From Tubiluchus corallicola (Eukaryota; Animalia; Priapulida), in NCBI GenBank assembly GCA_030141605.1, contig JAQGDQ010000202.1:27097-91096 (forward strand): a stretch of DNA of 64,000 nucleotides. The letters are read 5' to 3'. The notes below the pieces were generated by a model, which saw nothing but the letters and a program-made list of their open reading frames with translations, did not search any database and had not been told where the DNA came from. The translations under genes were made by a program, and so were the position numbers. Below, piece by piece: positions 62,155 to 64,000 of this stretch; positions within the stretch are counted from its first letter, which is position 1; each line of letters opens with the position of its first letter.

Positions 62155-62325
62155 GGTGGGACATTTTCCAAACGGTAATCGGATATACTATACAAATCGA
62201 AGTCAACCACCATTTCTTATTCCAATGGTTGATGATTATTATACAGCATCAAATGATAAATCCTTCCTGAGGAACAGTATTGACTATTTGGAGAAGGAAT
62301 ATGAGTTTTGGATGCAAAATCGAAG
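62155..62325 (+). CDS. TREH: Trehalase, coding exon 6
   Basis: GHFPNGNRIYYTNRSQPPFLIPMV...LEKEYEFWMQNR. Confidence 0.95.
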
Positions 62326-62728
62326 GTATTACTTGTATCTATTCTTTTTCAGCCAGTTAGGGTGACAATCAGGGGATTTTTACACAGAATTAGAAATCTG
62401 AATTCTTTTAGGAGTGCAACATGGACGAAAATGTAAGCAAAGTTTTGATTCGAATAATTTTTTTGCACTCTTGCATAACTTGAGGCAAATTTGAATATCC
62501 CGTGCTAAAGTGGAATTCCCTCCCTCAATCTCTGGATTCACTTTCCTGCCAGCTGCTGTAATTCACATGGATCTTCTGTAATTTGGACAATTTCTAGAGT
62601 TTACTACAGAGATGATAAGAAAATTAATTTCTGCAATACTCTATATGTATAAAGAAGTAGAAATGTTAAATTATGGGCATTCTGCAATAATTTCCTACTA
62701 AAGTATTTGTGCATGTTTGCTATTTTAG

Positions 62729-62847
62729 TGTCTTCATACCAGATCATGGGGTAACTCTAAACAGATATGCAGTACGAATGGGGAAGCCTAGGCCCGAAGG
62801 CTACAAAGAAGATTTACACATAGTTGAAGAGCTAGCACTTGATGAAG
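62729..62847 (+). CDS. TREH: Trehalase, coding exon 7
   Basis: LNRY...PRPEGYKED. Confidence 0.92.
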
Positions 62848-63301
62848 GTAGTAACCTAATTACATTCTTTCTAGATTTGCATGAGTGTTATCAGCAATGC
62901 ATTTTCAAACTTAAATTGTTGCAATTCACAGAGTGTGAGTGGGATTGTGTGTAGTTTCTAAATTAGATCGGATTTTGAATGAATCTGAATTTGAAGCAGA
63001 GTATAAATCACACCTTACCCTTCTTGTAGTATAAATCATAAATCATGTGACATATATAAATGCAAAACTACTAAGAAATTTTTCTGCTACATACGGTATG
63101 TGTATAATTATATGATATGTAATTCCGATCTGTAAATATAAGTATATTTATTAGTGCATACTCATATGTGATAGCATGTTCCTGTTTACTTTGACAGAAT
63201 TACTAACAAAAGACAGTAAGACATTATAGCTAATGTGTGTCTATGCATGCATGCATGTGTGTGTGTGTGTAACACTGCTTTTATAATCTTTCATTTATCA
63301 G

Positions 63302-63499
63302 ATGCCAGTGCAGAGAAGTACTCAGAATTAGCTTCTGGTGCTGAATCAGGATGGGATTACTCCACACGTTGGTTTGCTAGGCAAGGCGAACATGCTTATC
63401 AACTCAAGTCAATTCGCATCAAGCAAGTAATTCCAGTTGATCTGAATGCAATATTATGTTGGAATGAGAAGCTGCTAGCAAAATTTAATAATGAAATTG
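63302..63499 (+). CDS. TREH: Trehalase, coding exon 8 (gene continues beyond the window)
   Basis: ELASGAESGWDYSTRWF...IPVDLNAIL. Confidence 0.95.
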
Positions 63500-64000
63500 G
63501 TTAGTATTACATTTTTTCATTAATGCAACTAAATTGTATTGTTACAAAATAAAGAAGATGTTTAGTTTTTGTCATCAACTTTCATTGCTGTTGTACGACT
63601 GTAAAATGCTCTTAAAGGTGAAATTTAATGTGAAAAACAAGTTTTTTTAATAAAAAGAGCTAACTGTTACTTAAAATTTGACATTAAATTTCATGGCTTT
63701 CTTCCTAATGAAATCGCTCCTCGAATTTGGGGAGCTGCATTTGTCCTCAAAACAATTTGTTCGGTTTTGCTCGTGAAACTTCGGAAAAAAGCAGGCTAGA
63801 CAATGTTCTAGCAACGGCTTCCTAGGATAATGCCTCATTTCTGTGATGCTGAATTTGTAAACAATGCTACACAGCAAAATGTGACTTGTGATAACCAAGC
63901 GCAAACGTTACTGTAACTAAAGACTGAATTTTGCTGGCATCATATAATGAGTAAAGTGCGCAAAATCAAGTTTCAGACTTTCTTCAGAAATGGCACCTTC

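Overview
AT-rich animal (invertebrate-like) genomic DNA with spliced genes; the host species cannot be determined from this window. Host genes: (1) a 16-coding-exon ZC3H13/Flacc homologue (m6A writer-complex subunit) on the minus strand, 29762 to 7135; (2) an intronless DDX49/DBP8 DEAD-box helicase ORF (31313-32683, minus) directly upstream of it; (3) a 5-exon pyroglutamyl-peptidase I gene (42579-45909, plus); (4) the 5' part of a secreted-type trehalase (from 51376, plus, continuing past the window end). The last ZC3H13 intron holds a young, full-length LTR retrotransposon (7447-15230; 988-bp LTRs, CTTGG target-site duplication, tRNA-Leu primer-binding site). Its domains are Gypsy-type but in the order gag-protease-integrase-RT-RNase H, with a SCAN-like capsid, which makes it Gmr1-like. 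It also has a 17-nt leader/PPT complementarity and a cluster of motifs resembling the U1 snRNA 5' end in its LTRs. The left end of the window has a ~120-bp satellite and a head-to-tail array of three non-autonomous Helitron-like elements; one appears to have bypassed a mutated terminator and taken in a ~1-kb GTG-rich tract. MITEs, LINE relics and minisatellites fill introns and intergenic DNA. Exon boundaries were set by eye from GT-AG sites, phase continuity and remembered family motifs; no database searches were run.
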